A DNA stretch of 64,000 nucleotides from Dehalococcoidia bacterium. GTDB lineage: Bacteria > Chloroflexota > Dehalococcoidia > UBA2979. Below are positions 39,528-49,824 of the stretch, in pieces (position 1 is the first letter of the stretch; each line of letters starts with the position of its first letter). The notes under the pieces were generated by a model. The model saw nothing but the letters and a program-made list of their open reading frames with translations, did not search any database and was not told the DNA's origin. The position numbers and the translations under genes are program-made. The stretch covers positions 644,731 to 708,730 of the forward strand of contig OZ252250.1 in NCBI GenBank assembly GCA_965249675.1, given 5' to 3'.

Positions 39528-40199
39528 GTGGAAGTCGCGAGTGAACTGATGGTTCGTGGGATCGTCGTCGGAGTCTTTCAGGAAAACTGCTGGGTGATCG
39601 GCAACCGCCGGAGCGGCGAAGCGATCTGCATCGACCCCGGCGATCAGCCGGACGAGGTCTTGGCCCTCGCGCGCGACATGGGCGTCACGATCAAGGTGAT
39701 CGCGAACTCCCACGCACACATCGACCACATCCTCGGCGTCGCCGGGGTGCACCGCGCCACCGGTGCCAGCTTCCTCCTCCATGAGGACGACCTGGACCTC
39801 CTGCGCACCGGCTGGCGGGAGTCGGCCGCCCGCTTCGGGTTCGACCTCGACGAGCCGCCGCCCGACCCGGCAGCGTTCGTTCGGCACGGCGACGTGGTGG
39901 AGGTCTCCGGGCTTCGCCTGCAAGCGATCGCCACGCCCGGTCACACGCCCGGGAGTGTCAGCTACTACGCCGACGAGGGGTTGCTCTTCAGCGGCGACAC
40001 GCTCTTCCGCGGCTCGATCGGGCGCACCGACTTCCCGGGCGGGGACTTCGCACAGGAGATGCAGAGCATCTGTGATCGGCTGCTGGCACTGCCTGATCAG
40101 ACGCGTGTCCTGCCCGGGCACATGGCAGAAACCACGATCGGCTTCGAGCGCGATCACAACCCCTTCGTCGCCGACTGGCTGAGGCGGCGGGAGCCCTGA
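39528..40199 (+). CDS. MBL-fold hydrolase (glyoxalase II / hydroxyacylglutathione hydrolase-like)
   Basis: ANSHAHIDHILG motif plus GHTPGS and D...GGD ligand positions. Confidence 0.8.
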   Translation: MEVASELMVRGIVVGVFQENCWVIGNRRSGEAICIDPGDQPDEVLALARDMGVTIKVIANSHAHIDHILGVAGVHRATGASFLLHEDDLDLLRTGWRESAARFGFDLDEPPPDPAAFVRHGDVVEVSGLRLQAIATPGHTPGSVSYYADEGLLFSGDTLFRGSIGRTDFPGGDFAQEMQSICDRLLALPDQTRVLPGHMAETTIGFERDHNPFVADWLRRREP

Positions 40200-40486
40200 A
40201 CCCACCTCCAGGTGCCCGGGGTCCCGGCCGATCCGTCGGGCGCCGCCCGTGAGTTCGCCCGGCGACAGCGATCCACGGGCTGCACGGAAGGCCAGGCGTT
40301 CCCCGAACCGGTGGCTGCCGGACGCCAGCAACCGGGGGAGCCTTCGGGAGTCGGCGTGATCGGGCATGTTCGCCCTGAGCACATCACTCGATTCGCCCGG
40401 ACGAGGCTCTCATGACAACCTGAGTCCGACAGCTGCGGCACCCCGGGGCGGTGCAGGCTGGCACCGCGCTCTGGAGGCAGCGGCCG

Positions 40487-41761
40487 ATGGCGACAGGACG
40501 GCGAGAGCGGCGAGCAGCGGCGTCGCGGCAGGCAGCCGCCGGACGCAACCCGATCCAGGAATTGATGGCGCTCCCCGACTTCCGGTTCTACTGGGGTGCA
40601 CAGTTCCTCGCCGCCTTGATCAGCGGCATCACCCGCTTCGCCTTCGTCTGGGTGGCGCTCGAGATCAGCGATCGCGCGGTGGCGCCAGCTCTCCTCGGGT
40701 TTGCCGTTGGCCTTCCCGGCCTGGTCGTCTCGCTCCCAGCCGGCGTCGCGTCAGACCGCATGGACCGCCGTCGCCTCGTGATCGGCGTCTCGCTGGTCGG
40801 GGCCGGCATGCTTGCCCTTACCGCCCTGGCGATCGCCGTTGACGCCGCCAATCTGCCGGTCGCAATGGTGCTCGCGTTCGCGGTCGGGACGACCGTGGCA
40901 GTCATCACGCCGGCACTCCAGGCGATGGTGCCACAGCTGGTGCCGACGGAACGCCTGATGAGCGCCGTTGGCCTCCAGAACATGGGCCAGGGGGTCGCCC
41001 ACATCGCCGGCGCTCTCGTCGGCGGCGGTGCGATCCAGCTTTTCGGGCTGGCTCCCGCCTTCGCCATCTTCGCCGTGATCATGCTCAGTTCGACCGCGCT
41101 TATGTCGCGCTGCAACCTGCCGCCCTACGTTGCGGTCGAGCGGGCGGCGGGCGGCTTCATCGCCTCGATGACCACCGACATCTGGCGCGGTCTGAGGTAC
41201 GCCGGGGGACGAGAACCCCTGCGATCCCTGATCATCGTCGGCCTCTTCATGGGATCGGGGGTCGGCGCCTACGGCATCCTCATGCCCGACATCGCCAAGA
41301 ACGAGCTCGGCCAGGGCGCCTTCACGACCTCGCTCCTGCTCGGCGTGCTCAGCGTGGGCATGCTCACGACTTCGTTCTATCTCGCCTCCCTCAGGCAGGT
41401 TAGCCGCCGCGGGCTGATGTTCCTGGCAGCATTCAACGGCTTTGGACCGGGGCTGATGGCAATCGGGTTGTCGAACGAATACTGGATGACCGCCGTGATC
41501 ATGGTCATCTGGGGTGGATGCGGTGGAGTCCTGATGACCTCCCAGCGGACCCTCCTCCAGGCCCATACGGAGCCCCCGATGATGGGTCGCGTGATGTCGC
41601 TCTTCGCCCTCACCTTCAACGGGCTGCTGCCGATCTCGGCCGTCTACGTCGGCCTGATGCGCGGCTACTTCGGGGCCGGCGACACGCTCGCGATCATGGG
41701 CGCCGTGATGATGCTCGGGGCCATGGCGATCGCCTCTCGCTCGCAGCTGCGACACCTCTAG
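40487..41761 (+). CDS. MFS transporter
   Basis: 12 predicted TM segments with MFS-type loop motifs. ATG 40487 (MATGRRER) follows GGAGG; the track start is at 40451. Confidence 0.8.
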   Translation: MATGRRERRAAASRQAAAGRNPIQELMALPDFRFYWGAQFLAALISGITRFAFVWVALEISDRAVAPALLGFAVGLPGLVVSLPAGVASDRMDRRRLVIGVSLVGAGMLALTALAIAVDAANLPVAMVLAFAVGTTVAVITPALQAMVPQLVPTERLMSAVGLQNMGQGVAHIAGALVGGGAIQLFGLAPAFAIFAVIMLSSTALMSRCNLPPYVAVERAAGGFIASMTTDIWRGLRYAGGREPLRSLIIVGLFMGSGVGAYGILMPDIAKNELGQGAFTTSLLLGVLSVGMLTTSFYLASLRQVSRRGLMFLAAFNGFGPGLMAIGLSNEYWMTAVIMVIWGGCGGVLMTSQRTLLQAHTEPPMMGRVMSLFALTFNGLLPISAVYVGLMRGYFGAGDTLAIMGAVMMLGAMAIASRSQLRHL

Positions 41762-41839
41762 ACGCCGGCCGCCAGAGACCGCGGGGAGTGGCGGCGATTC
41801 CCCGTTGCGTCTACCTTTCTGGCCAAGCGGGGAGCAGGC

Positions 41840-42725
41840 CATGCCAGTTCGGAACACGATCTCTATCGGCGATGCTCGCGTCACGCTCGTCGAAGAGCTG
41901 GTGATGCCCACCTCGGCTCGCTGGATGCTCCCCGATCACCCCGAACCCTGGAATTTGCTCGACCGCTGTCGCCCGTGGCTTGAGGATCACTTCCTCAACG
42001 AGCGCGGGCACATCTTGCAGTCGATGCACAGCTGGGTGATCGAGGCCGATGGGATGACGATCGTCGTTGATACGGCGATCGGGAACGACAAGGATCGTGC
42101 GGGCGGCGGCTTCGACGGCTGGCACATGCGCCAGGGGCCGTTCCTCGAGGAACTGACAGGAGCCGGCGCCGCGCCGGGGGATGTCGACATCGTCCTCAAC
42201 ACCCATCTCCACACCGACCACGTCGGCTGGAACACCCGCTGGGTGGACGGCGCCTGGGTGCCCACCTTCCCGGCGGCGCGCTACCAGCTGGTCGAGCGTG
42301 AGTGGCGCTACTGGAGCGAGCTGCCCGAGCCGCCGGGGATCATCGAGGACAGCGTCCGACCGGTGGTCGATGCGAGCCAGGTCGACCTCGTCGCTGCCGA
42401 TCACCGCGTCAGCGACTCGCTCTGGCTGGAGCCGAGCCACGGGCACACCCCCGGACACGTCTGCGTCAGGATCAGTTCGAGGGGCCAGGACGCCGTGATC
42501 CTGGGCGACGTCATCCACAGTCCGATCCAGTGCGCTGCCCCCCACGAACGGCCACCGCTCGACAGCGACCCCCAGCCCGCCCGGGAGGCGCGCCTCGCCT
42601 TCCTCGAGCGCTACGCGGACACGCGCACGGTCGTACTAGGCACGCACTTCCATCAACCCGCTACCGGCCTCATCAAGCGCGACGGCGGAGCCTACCGCTA
42701 CGAGGTGGTCCGGGCCGCGCCCTGA
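41840..42725 (+). CDS. MBL-fold hydrolase, N-acyl-homoserine-lactonase-like subfamily
   Basis: NTHLHTDHVGW motif and TPGH / D...H ligand positions. Preferred start MPVRNT. Confidence 0.7.
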
Positions 42726-42843
42726 GGCCGATGTCCGACCGGCGATTAGCGACGCGACACGGGGGTCTGGGAGCCCGCTCGGGCCGCCCGAAATCAGCAT
42801 CTGACCGCCACCACGAGCCCTGCGCCAGGGCGAGGAGCAACTC

Positions 42844-44823
42844 ATGTCCCGACCGATCGACCCCGGCATCGTCACCGAGCTTGAGGTGGTCGCCTCCCCC
42901 GCGCTCCGCCCCGACGGGCGCACGATCGCCTACGTGCGCCAGGGCGTTGAGCCCGGGACACTGCGGCGCTGGTCCTTCATCGAACGCGCCCCCTTCCCGG
43001 AGGGTGACGACGAGTCGGCGACCGTTCGCCGGCTCACGCAGGGCCCACTCGACTCGGCCCCGCTCTGGTCACCAGACGGCGGCAGCCTTGCCTTCCTGCG
43101 CTCGGCCAGGGAGCCGGGCGGCACGGTTGGGCCTCCGCAGCTCTGGCTGCTCCCCGCCGACGGCGGTGAGGCCTGCCAGCTGACCGATCTGGCCGGCGCG
43201 GTGCGATCGATCACCTGGCTGCCAGACGGCTCTTCCCTGGTGATCGCGGCCGAGGTCGATCCCGATCAGCCCGGCCCGGACGCCGACCCGGAGATCCCCA
43301 CCGTCAGACGCGTCAACCACATCTACTACCGCGCCGACGGCATCGGTTGGCGCGGCGACACGCACCGACAGCTCTTCCGCGTCGACGCCAGGGAGGGCGG
43401 GGTGCGACAGCTGACGAGCGACGACTACGACTGCTACTTCCCCGCGCCATCTCCAGACGGCAGGCTGGTCGCCTTCGCCTCGGGCGACCGCTCAGGTGAA
43501 CGGGAGCGCCGTACGCCGGGCAAGCTCGAGCTCTGTGTTGTCCCGACAGGCGGCGGAACGGTCGAGCGGTTGGTGACAGGCCTGAGCGGGCTCGGCCCGA
43601 TCACCTGGTCCCCCGACGGACGGCGGCTGGCATACGTCTCCGGTGGCGACGAGCCCTCCTACTCACAGAGCTACCTGTGGACACTCGACCACCAGCCGGA
43701 GGCGCGCCCTGTTTGCCTCAGCCCCGACCGTTTGCAGCCGACCGGCGGCGGACCACCCCTGACCGAGCCGCCCCCGCTCTCGTGGCGAGCGGGGGAGATC
43801 ACCTTCGCTGCGGAGCGACGCGGGTCGAGTGGCCTCTACCGGATCGCCGAGGCCGGGGGCGAGGTGACGGTGCTCCACGAGGCGGACGAGCTCTCAAGTG
43901 GGCTCTCTCTCTCGGCGGACGCTCAGCGCGGCGCCACCGTCGCCTCGACGGTCGACCGGCCCGGGGAGGTGATGACGCTCGACCTCGACCGCGGAACCGG
44001 CCAGCGGCTCACGCGGGTCAGCGACGGCTACCTCACCACCCACCCGCCGGCCGCCACCGAGCGCTTCACCTTGCGGCGGGCAGACCTCGAGATCGAGTGC
44101 TGGCTGACCTTCCCGCTCGACTTCGACCCTCAGCGCAGCTATCCCCTGGTGCTCGAGGTGCATGGCGGACCAAACGGCTTCTTCGGCAACGGCTGGATGC
44201 CGCTCCACCAGATGCTGGCCGGCGCCGGCTACCTGGTTCTGGCGACCAATCCTCGCGGTTCGTCGACCTACGGACAGGATTTCGTCTCGCGCGTCTTCGG
44301 GGACTGGGGAGGAGAGGACTATCTCGACCAGATGGCGGCCGTCGACCAGGTGCTCGAGCGCGGTTATGTGGACGCGGACCGGCTCGCCATCCACGGCTAC
44401 TCCTACGGCGGGTTCATGACCTCATGGACGATCGGTCACACCACTCGCTTCCGCTCGGCGATCGTGGCGGCGCCGGTGACGAATCTCGTCTCGATGTACG
44501 GACAGACCGACATCGCCGTGCAGTTCGGCGAGCAGCAGTGGGGAGGCACCCCCTGGGAGCGCGCCGACGCCTACGTTCGGCACTCGCCCATCACCTACGC
44601 GCCGCGTGTCGAGACGCCGGTGCTCCTGCTCCACGGCGAAGCAGACATCCGCTGTCCGATCTCCCAGTCCGAGGAGTACTACACCGTGCTCAAGCGGCTC
44701 GGAAAGCCGGTTGAGTTCGTGCGCTTCCCCGGAGGTTTCCACGGCTTCGTACGCAGCGGACACCCGGCGATGGTCCGCGCCTACCACGAGCACGTGCTGG
44801 AGTGGTTCGGGCGCACGCTCTAG
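42844..44823 (+). CDS. S9 family serine peptidase (acylaminoacyl-peptidase/prolyl oligopeptidase-like) with N-terminal beta-propeller
   Basis: Repeated WSPDG propeller motifs. C-terminal alpha/beta hydrolase with GYSYGG nucleophile elbow, plus Asp and His catalytic positions. GAGGAG RBS. Confidence 0.9.
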   Translation: MSRPIDPGIVTELEVVASPALRPDGRTIAYVRQGVEPGTLRRWSFIERAPFPEGDDESATVRRLTQGPLDSAPLWSPDGGSLAFLRSAREPGGTVGPPQLWLLPADGGEACQLTDLAGAVRSITWLPDGSSLVIAAEVDPDQPGPDADPEIPTVRRVNHIYYRADGIGWRGDTHRQLFRVDAREGGVRQLTSDDYDCYFPAPSPDGRLVAFASGDRSGERERRTPGKLELCVVPTGGGTVERLVTGLSGLGPITWSPDGRRLAYVSGGDEPSYSQSYLWTLDHQPEARPVCLSPDRLQPTGGGPPLTEPPPLSWRAGEITFAAERRGSSGLYRIAEAGGEVTVLHEADELSSGLSLSADAQRGATVASTVDRPGEVMTLDLDRGTGQRLTRVSDGYLTTHPPAATERFTLRRADLEIECWLTFPLDFDPQRSYPLVLEVHGGPNGFFGNGWMPLHQMLAGAGYLVLATNPRGSSTYGQDFVSRVFGDWGGEDYLDQMAAVDQVLERGYVDADRLAIHGYSYGGFMTSWTIGHTTRFRSAIVAAPVTNLVSMYGQTDIAVQFGEQQWGGTPWERADAYVRHSPITYAPRVETPVLLLHGEADIRCPISQSEEYYTVLKRLGKPVEFVRFPGGFHGFVRSGHPAMVRAYHEHVLEWFGRTL

Positions 44824-44913
44824 CGAAGAGACGCCGGGCGTGCCCCCGCGCCGCTCCCTCGACCCGGCGCGGCCTGGCGAGCCGTCCGGATCCCGGGGAA
44901 GCAGCGAGCGTTG

Positions 44914-45327
44914 CTATGCGGGCACGAACACCGGCACCGGGTACTCCCCGTCGTCCTGCTCCTCGAACTGGACGCGGACGCGCTGGCCGCAGGAGACATC
45001 GGCGAGCGGGTTGTCGACTCCGGTGACGTTGCTCATCATCCGGAACCCCTCATCGAGGTCGATGTAGGCCAGGGCGTAGGCACCGAGGTCGGCGAAGGCC
45101 GGGTTCCGGTTCTGGCGGACCACCGAATAGGTGTAGACGGTTCCCTCACCGGCTGAGACCTTCCACTCAAGGTCGTCGCTTCCGCAGGCGTTGCAGTTGC
45201 TGCGGGGGTAGAAGACGACCTCGTTGCAGGCCGAGCACTGCTGGTAGGTGAGCTCGCCACGCTTGCATGCGTCCCAGAAGGGCTGCGTGTCGGGCTCGGG
45301 GAATTGCGGCATCGATCGGTTTGGCAT
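44914..45327 (-). CDS. Zn-ribbon/OB-fold protein DUF35 (thiolase-associated, SCP-x partner)
   Basis: CxxC...CxxC rubredoxin-like ribbon (CSACNEVVFYPRSNCNACGS) followed by an OB fold. ATG 45327 after GAGGAG. Sits 25 nt downstream of the thiolase. Confidence 0.75.
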   Translation of the reverse strand: MPNRSMPQFPEPDTQPFWDACKRGELTYQQCSACNEVVFYPRSNCNACGSDDLEWKVSAGEGTVYTYSVVRQNRNPAFADLGAYALAYIDLDEGFRMMSNVTGVDNPLADVSCGQRVRVQFEEQDDGEYPVPVFVPA

Positions 45328-45352
45328 CTCTTCGCTCCTCGGGTGTCCGCTG

Positions 45353-46537
45353 CTAGTCCGCTGCCAGCACGATCGTGCCGCCGGTGTGAGAGCCACCGAG
45401 CAGTCCGCCATTGCCATGGGCGACGGCCAGCTTGGCGTTCTCCGCCTGTGAGGTGGATTCACCGCGCAGCTGGCGCGCGCTCTCCAGCAGCAGAAAGATG
45501 CCGCGCATCCCCGGATGGTTCGAGGAGAGGCCGCCACCGTCGGTGTTGAGTGCCGGGCCGCCGGGCATGTCGTAGCGTAGCTTGCCGTCGGAGACGTAGT
45601 CCCCAACCTCGCCCTTCTTGCAGAACCCGAGGTCTTCGAGGCAGACCGCCACCGTGATCGAGAACGAGTCGTAGATCATCGCGATGTCCATCTCGGCGGC
45701 CGACAGGCCCGCCTCGGCGAAGGCGATCGGCGAGCCCTGCGCACCGGCGCTGGTCGTGATATCCGCCCGGTTCTCGCGGTACTTGGTGGCCTCGCCGCTG
45801 CCGATCAGCCAGACCGGGGTCTTGGCCGTATCGCGCGCGACGTCCCCGGAGGCGATGACCACGGCGCCGCCGCCGTCACTGACCATGCAGCACTCCAGGA
45901 GGTGCAGCGGGTCGGCGATGACCCGCGATTCGAGCACGTCGGCTACGGTGATCTCGTTGACGCCGACGAACTGCAGGTCGGTCATCGCCTGCACCGCCTG
46001 TGGATTGCGCATCGCATGGTGGCGCGTCGCCACCGAGATCTGTGCAAGCTGCTCGCTGGTCGTGCCGTACTCGTGCATGTGGCGGTGCGCCACCATCGCG
46101 TAGTTGGCGATCAGCGTGGCGCCGTAGGGCGCCTCCATGTTGCTCTGCCAGCTACCGCCGCCTGAGGCGCCGCCGGTGCCGATCGGCCTGCGCAACGAGG
46201 CCGCCTTGGAGCCGTACGACAGCACGGCGACGTTGGCCTTGCCGGCAGCGATGTCACGCATCGCGTGGGCCGCCTGGAACTCGTACGACGAGCCGCCAAC
46301 CTGGGTCGTATCGATCACCGTTGGCTTGATGCCGAGATAGGCCGAGAGGCCGAGACCACCACCGCCCTCACCATCGTTCGCATCGTAGAGCGCATCGACA
46401 TCGCTCCACTTCAGCCCGGCGTCGCCGAGAGCCGCCCTGATCGACGACGCCTTGATGTTCATTGCCGACACGTCGGGCGCGTACCTGCTCGGGTACTCGT
46501 GTATCCCGACGATCGCGGCCTCTCGTTGCTGTGCCAC
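45353..46537 (-). CDS. Thiolase-like protein (SCP-x type / nonspecific lipid-transfer-protein thiolase)
   Basis: Thiolase N- and C-domain similarity (catalytic Cys region AHAMRDIAAGK..., C-terminal GGGL...HPGMRG). Confidence 0.85.
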   Translation of the reverse strand: MAQQREAAIVGIHEYPSRYAPDVSAMNIKASSIRAALGDAGLKWSDVDALYDANDGEGGGGLGLSAYLGIKPTVIDTTQVGGSSYEFQAAHAMRDIAAGKANVAVLSYGSKAASLRRPIGTGGASGGGSWQSNMEAPYGATLIANYAMVAHRHMHEYGTTSEQLAQISVATRHHAMRNPQAVQAMTDLQFVGVNEITVADVLESRVIADPLHLLECCMVSDGGGAVVIASGDVARDTAKTPVWLIGSGEATKYRENRADITTSAGAQGSPIAFAEAGLSAAEMDIAMIYDSFSITVAVCLEDLGFCKKGEVGDYVSDGKLRYDMPGGPALNTDGGGLSSNHPGMRGIFLLLESARQLRGESTSQAENAKLAVAHGNGGLLGGSHTGGTIVLAAD

Positions 46538-46678
46538 TCTTGTCCTCCGTCTCCTACCTGCGCAGGTTATAGCAGGAGTCCGGGCCCCGGCACCGCAACC
46601 GGGACGTGCACGCGCGTATGATCGCGCTGTCCCCTGACGGCACCCCTAGCGGCGGCGTGCCCTATCTCTGGAGCAGCT

Positions 46679-47635
46679 GTGAGCGTTCGCATCGGCATCG
46701 GCCTCGCCAACCTGCCCTTCGCCTCCGCCCGCGAGCTGTGGCGCTGGGTCGACCTCCTGGAGGACGGCGACGTCGACTCCCTGTGGCAGACGGACCGGCT
46801 GATCAGCCGCACGCCGATCCTCGAGTCGATGAGCCTGATGGCGGCGCTGGCGGGGCGCACCGAACGCCTCAAATTCGGAATGAATGTGGTGGTGGTGCCG
46901 TTCCGTGATCCGCTGGTCCTGGCCAGGCAGTGCGCCACCATCGACTATCTCTCCAACGGTCGCCTGCTGCCGGCATTCGGCGTCGGCCGCGCGATCTCTC
47001 CCGAGTTCGGGCGCGTCGATCGCTCGAGCCGAGGGCGCGGAGGCCGAACGAACGAGGTGCTCGAGGTGATGGCGCGGCTGTGGAGCGAGGACGATATCAG
47101 CTTCTCAGGCGAGCACCTCTCCTACCGTGGCGTCACGATCGAGCCGAAGCCGGTGCAGTCGCCGCTGCCGATCTGGATCGGCGGATCGTCGCCAGCGGCC
47201 GTCCGGCGCACCGCGCACTACGGCACGGGCTGGCTCGGCGGCGTGCAGTCGCCCGTGCAGATCGCGCCCGTAATCCGGGCGATCAGCGAGCAGTCGCGGG
47301 CGGCCGGGCGGCCGGTCGACCCCGATCACTACGGTGCCGGGATGCCCTTCCGATTCGGCTCGTGGAACGACCCGATCGTGCAGCAGGCCGCCGGAGCCAT
47401 GAACCGGCTGGCCGACGCCGGAGACCCGCGCCGGATGATGGGCGTCGGCGATGCCGCCGCCATCATCGCCCGCATCGACGAGTACATCGCCGCCGGCGCC
47501 TCCAAGTTCGTGCTGCGACCGCTGGCCGAGAGCGGCGCCGAATTCGTCAGGCAGACCGAGCGGCTGATCGAAGAGGTGATTCCGCTGGTGCACTCCACCC
47601 GCGTCACCGCTCCCCTCTCGCTCGTGGCTCCCTAG
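46679..47635 (+). CDS. LLM-class F420-dependent oxidoreductase
   Basis: MSVRIGIGLANLPF...KFGMNVVVVP...RLLPAFGVGR...IWIGGSS family motifs. Confidence 0.8.
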   Translation: MSVRIGIGLANLPFASARELWRWVDLLEDGDVDSLWQTDRLISRTPILESMSLMAALAGRTERLKFGMNVVVVPFRDPLVLARQCATIDYLSNGRLLPAFGVGRAISPEFGRVDRSSRGRGGRTNEVLEVMARLWSEDDISFSGEHLSYRGVTIEPKPVQSPLPIWIGGSSPAAVRRTAHYGTGWLGGVQSPVQIAPVIRAISEQSRAAGRPVDPDHYGAGMPFRFGSWNDPIVQQAAGAMNRLADAGDPRRMMGVGDAAAIIARIDEYIAAGASKFVLRPLAESGAEFVRQTERLIEEVIPLVHSTRVTAPLSLVAP

Positions 47636-47639
47636 CGCC

Positions 47640-48616
47640 CGGATCCGGGCGCTAGGCTCGGTGGCACGACCGAGCGGGCGGCGTGATCGCCTCCATGGGC
47701 GATCCGCACCTCGCTGCAGTAGCTGGCCCCGCAATGGATAGCCCCAGTGGATGCCGGGGCTTCGGTGACGCGGCCGCGATCGAGGCGGCCGCCGGGAAAC
47801 GGTCAGGTGCGGGCAGCAACGAGCGCTGCGTACTGATCGAGCCTCGCGCGCCGCATGCCCTCCGTCAGACCGCCGAGCCCCGCATCGTGAAGCTGCTCGA
47901 GCGCCGACGGAGCAGCGAGCACTTCGACGCGGGCGAGCGCGTCCATGCGGGGGTCCTGCCGCGCGCCCGAACTGGCCTCGTAGGCAAGTCGAGAGCGCTC
48001 GGCGGCAACGACCCCGGGGGGACTGGGCCAGATTCTGCCGGCACCAGCCCGCGTCGATCCCCGGTGGGCCGACGGATGCGTTCACCCAGTCCACGACGCC
48101 GCTCAGCTGCGAGCCCTGCCAGAGGACGTTCATCGGGTGGAAGTCACGATGGGATCATCCCCTCCCTATCGCCCTCGTGAAGATCGCCGCCACCGTCCGC
48201 GCTGCCGACCGTAGGCCGCCACTCCCGCGCCTGCTCGATCACGCCCGCCGATGCCGGCCGCTTCTGAGACCAGGTGGGCGGGGCGAGCGCGGAGAGATCG
48301 ACCCGGGGTCGGTAGCGCGGGAGCGTGTCGCCTCGGGAGCCGTCACCTCGTGGATCGGCGGCAGCGCCTCGGCCATCTGGCCGAGCCAGTGTTCCAGGTT
48401 GGGCGGCGCCATCACCAGCCGTCCCGGGAGGCGGGTCATCAGAACCGCGGGGACGCCCGCGCCAGTGGACGGCGGACTAGGTGCCGCCGCGCAGGTGCCG
48501 GACCGAGGCGACTCGCGCTCGCGCCGATACCTGCCGTTCGGCCCATCTGAGCGCCCGGGACGGCGGCGGAACGCGCAGGGCCTCAAGAGCGGGCCGATCG
48601 CCGACGCCGGGGCCAC
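47640..48616 (-). pseudogene. Aminoglycoside-phosphotransferase/protein-kinase-like (PF01636-like) gene broken by in-frame stops and frameshifts
   Basis: GTG 48616 with GGGAAG RBS, then a Brenner motif split by a stop (...*IHRDFHPMNVLWQGSQLSGVVDWVNASVGPPGIDAGW). Sub-ORFs 48239-48616 and 47105-48133 share a frame separated by TGA codons, and both flanks turn to junk. Confidence 0.5.
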
Positions 48617-48645
48617 CTTCCCGGGGGCTCACTCGCCAGAGCTAG

Positions 48646-49824
48646 GGACGCTCTGAACTGGCCGCGAAATGCGGCCGATCAGGCTCTTCTGGGGCGTTCA
48701 ATCGCTTGATGGTCAGGAATGCGGCCTGATCGGGGCTCGCGAGCGGCTCTGCGAGTGCCGTTTGGCGCTCGCTGCGGGATTCTGGGCGCACTGCGCCGTT
48801 GTTACGCAGCAAGTTGGCGCTCCGCTCGAACCATGTTGGCCAGCCCCAACAGCAACGCGAGCCGCTGCGTGTTCTTGAACAATCCGCGGTAGCGGACCTT
48901 GGCGTAGCCGAAGCGCACCTTCACGATCTGGAACGGATGCTCGACCTTCGCACGCACGGAGGCCTTGCGCTTCTCTTCGAGCCACTCCTCACCCTCCCGG
49001 TCGAGCAGTCGCCGCTTGCCCGGTCGCATGGCAACCTGCCACTGCACCGCACGCTCGCGCTGCTCCAGACGTTTTCCGATGCCCTGGTAGCCCGCATCGC
49101 CACAGACCAGCCTTTCGTTGCCGTGCAGCAGGTCGGGCGCCGCGGTGATGTCGCTCACGTTCGCCGCCGTCGTGTGGAGGCTGTGCACGATGCCGCTCTC
49201 AGAGTCCACCCCGATGTGCAACTTCATCCCGAAGTACCACTGGTTTCCCTTGCGCGTCTGGTGCATCTCGGGATCCCGTGCTCTGGTCGACGAGGGGGCG
49301 CTGATGATACTGGCATCAACCACAGTCCCCTGTCTCAACTGCAGTCCTTCCGCCTCCAGATGGCGGTTGATCTCCTCGAGCAACCCCCTCCCCAGCGCGG
49401 CCGCCTCCAGCCGGTGGCGGAAGTTGAGAATCGTCGTCTCATCGGGGATCGCGTCCGATAGCCTGAGCCCCACGAAGCGCTGCACGGTGAGATTCTCGTA
49501 CAGCGCGTCCTCCATCGCCGGGTCGCTGAGGTTGTCGACCAGTTGCACGATGTGCACCCGCAGCATCAGTGACAGTGGGTAGGGCTGGCGCCCCCGTCCC
49601 GGCATCGGGTAGTGGGGCGCAATGCGCTGCTCGAGTTGCCGCCACGGAACCAGCCGATCGAGTCGTTCCAGAAACCGCTCCCGGCGAGTCGTTCGCTTCT
49701 TCGCGTCGTAGTACAGCTCCGCGAACGTTGCCTCGCCCATCGCGCTCACCTCGTCATCTGGTCGAATGCCATACCATCCCGTGTAGGCATCTTAACAGAT
49801 CATGCGGGTCTGTTCAGAGCGTCC
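48646..49824 (-). mobile_element. IS5-family insertion sequence (IS5 group), ~1179 bp, with 13-bp terminal inverted repeats GGACGCTCTGAAC and a 4-bp CTAG target-site duplication
   Basis: IRL at 48646-48658 and IRR at 49812-49824 are perfect inverted copies, flanked by CTAG at 48642-45 and 49825-28. Encodes a full-length IS5-like DDE transposase. Confidence 0.85.
48802..49749 (-). CDS. IS5-family DDE transposase (315 aa)
   Basis: Collinear with E. coli IS5 transposase (RQPYPLSLMLRVHIVQ..., NLSDPAMEDALYE, DPEMHQTRKGNQWYFGMKLHIGVD, DAGYQG, RAKVEHPF). Confidence 0.9.
   Translation of the reverse strand: MSAMGEATFAELYYDAKKRTTRRERFLERLDRLVPWRQLEQRIAPHYPMPGRGRQPYPLSLMLRVHIVQLVDNLSDPAMEDALYENLTVQRFVGLRLSDAIPDETTILNFRHRLEAAALGRGLLEEINRHLEAEGLQLRQGTVVDASIISAPSSTRARDPEMHQTRKGNQWYFGMKLHIGVDSESGIVHSLHTTAANVSDITAAPDLLHGNERLVCGDAGYQGIGKRLEQRERAVQWQVAMRPGKRRLLDREGEEWLEEKRKASVRAKVEHPFQIVKVRFGYAKVRYRGLFKNTQRLALLLGLANMVRAERQLAA

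Noticed and set aside
47105-48133. 342-aa minus-strand ORF treated as one gene
   Set aside because: Only the first ~35 residues (NVLWQGSQLSGVVDWVNASVGPPGIDAGW) look protein-like. The remainder is antisense to the LLM gene at 46679-47635 and Arg-rich. Interpreted as one piece of the fragmented APH-like pseudogene.
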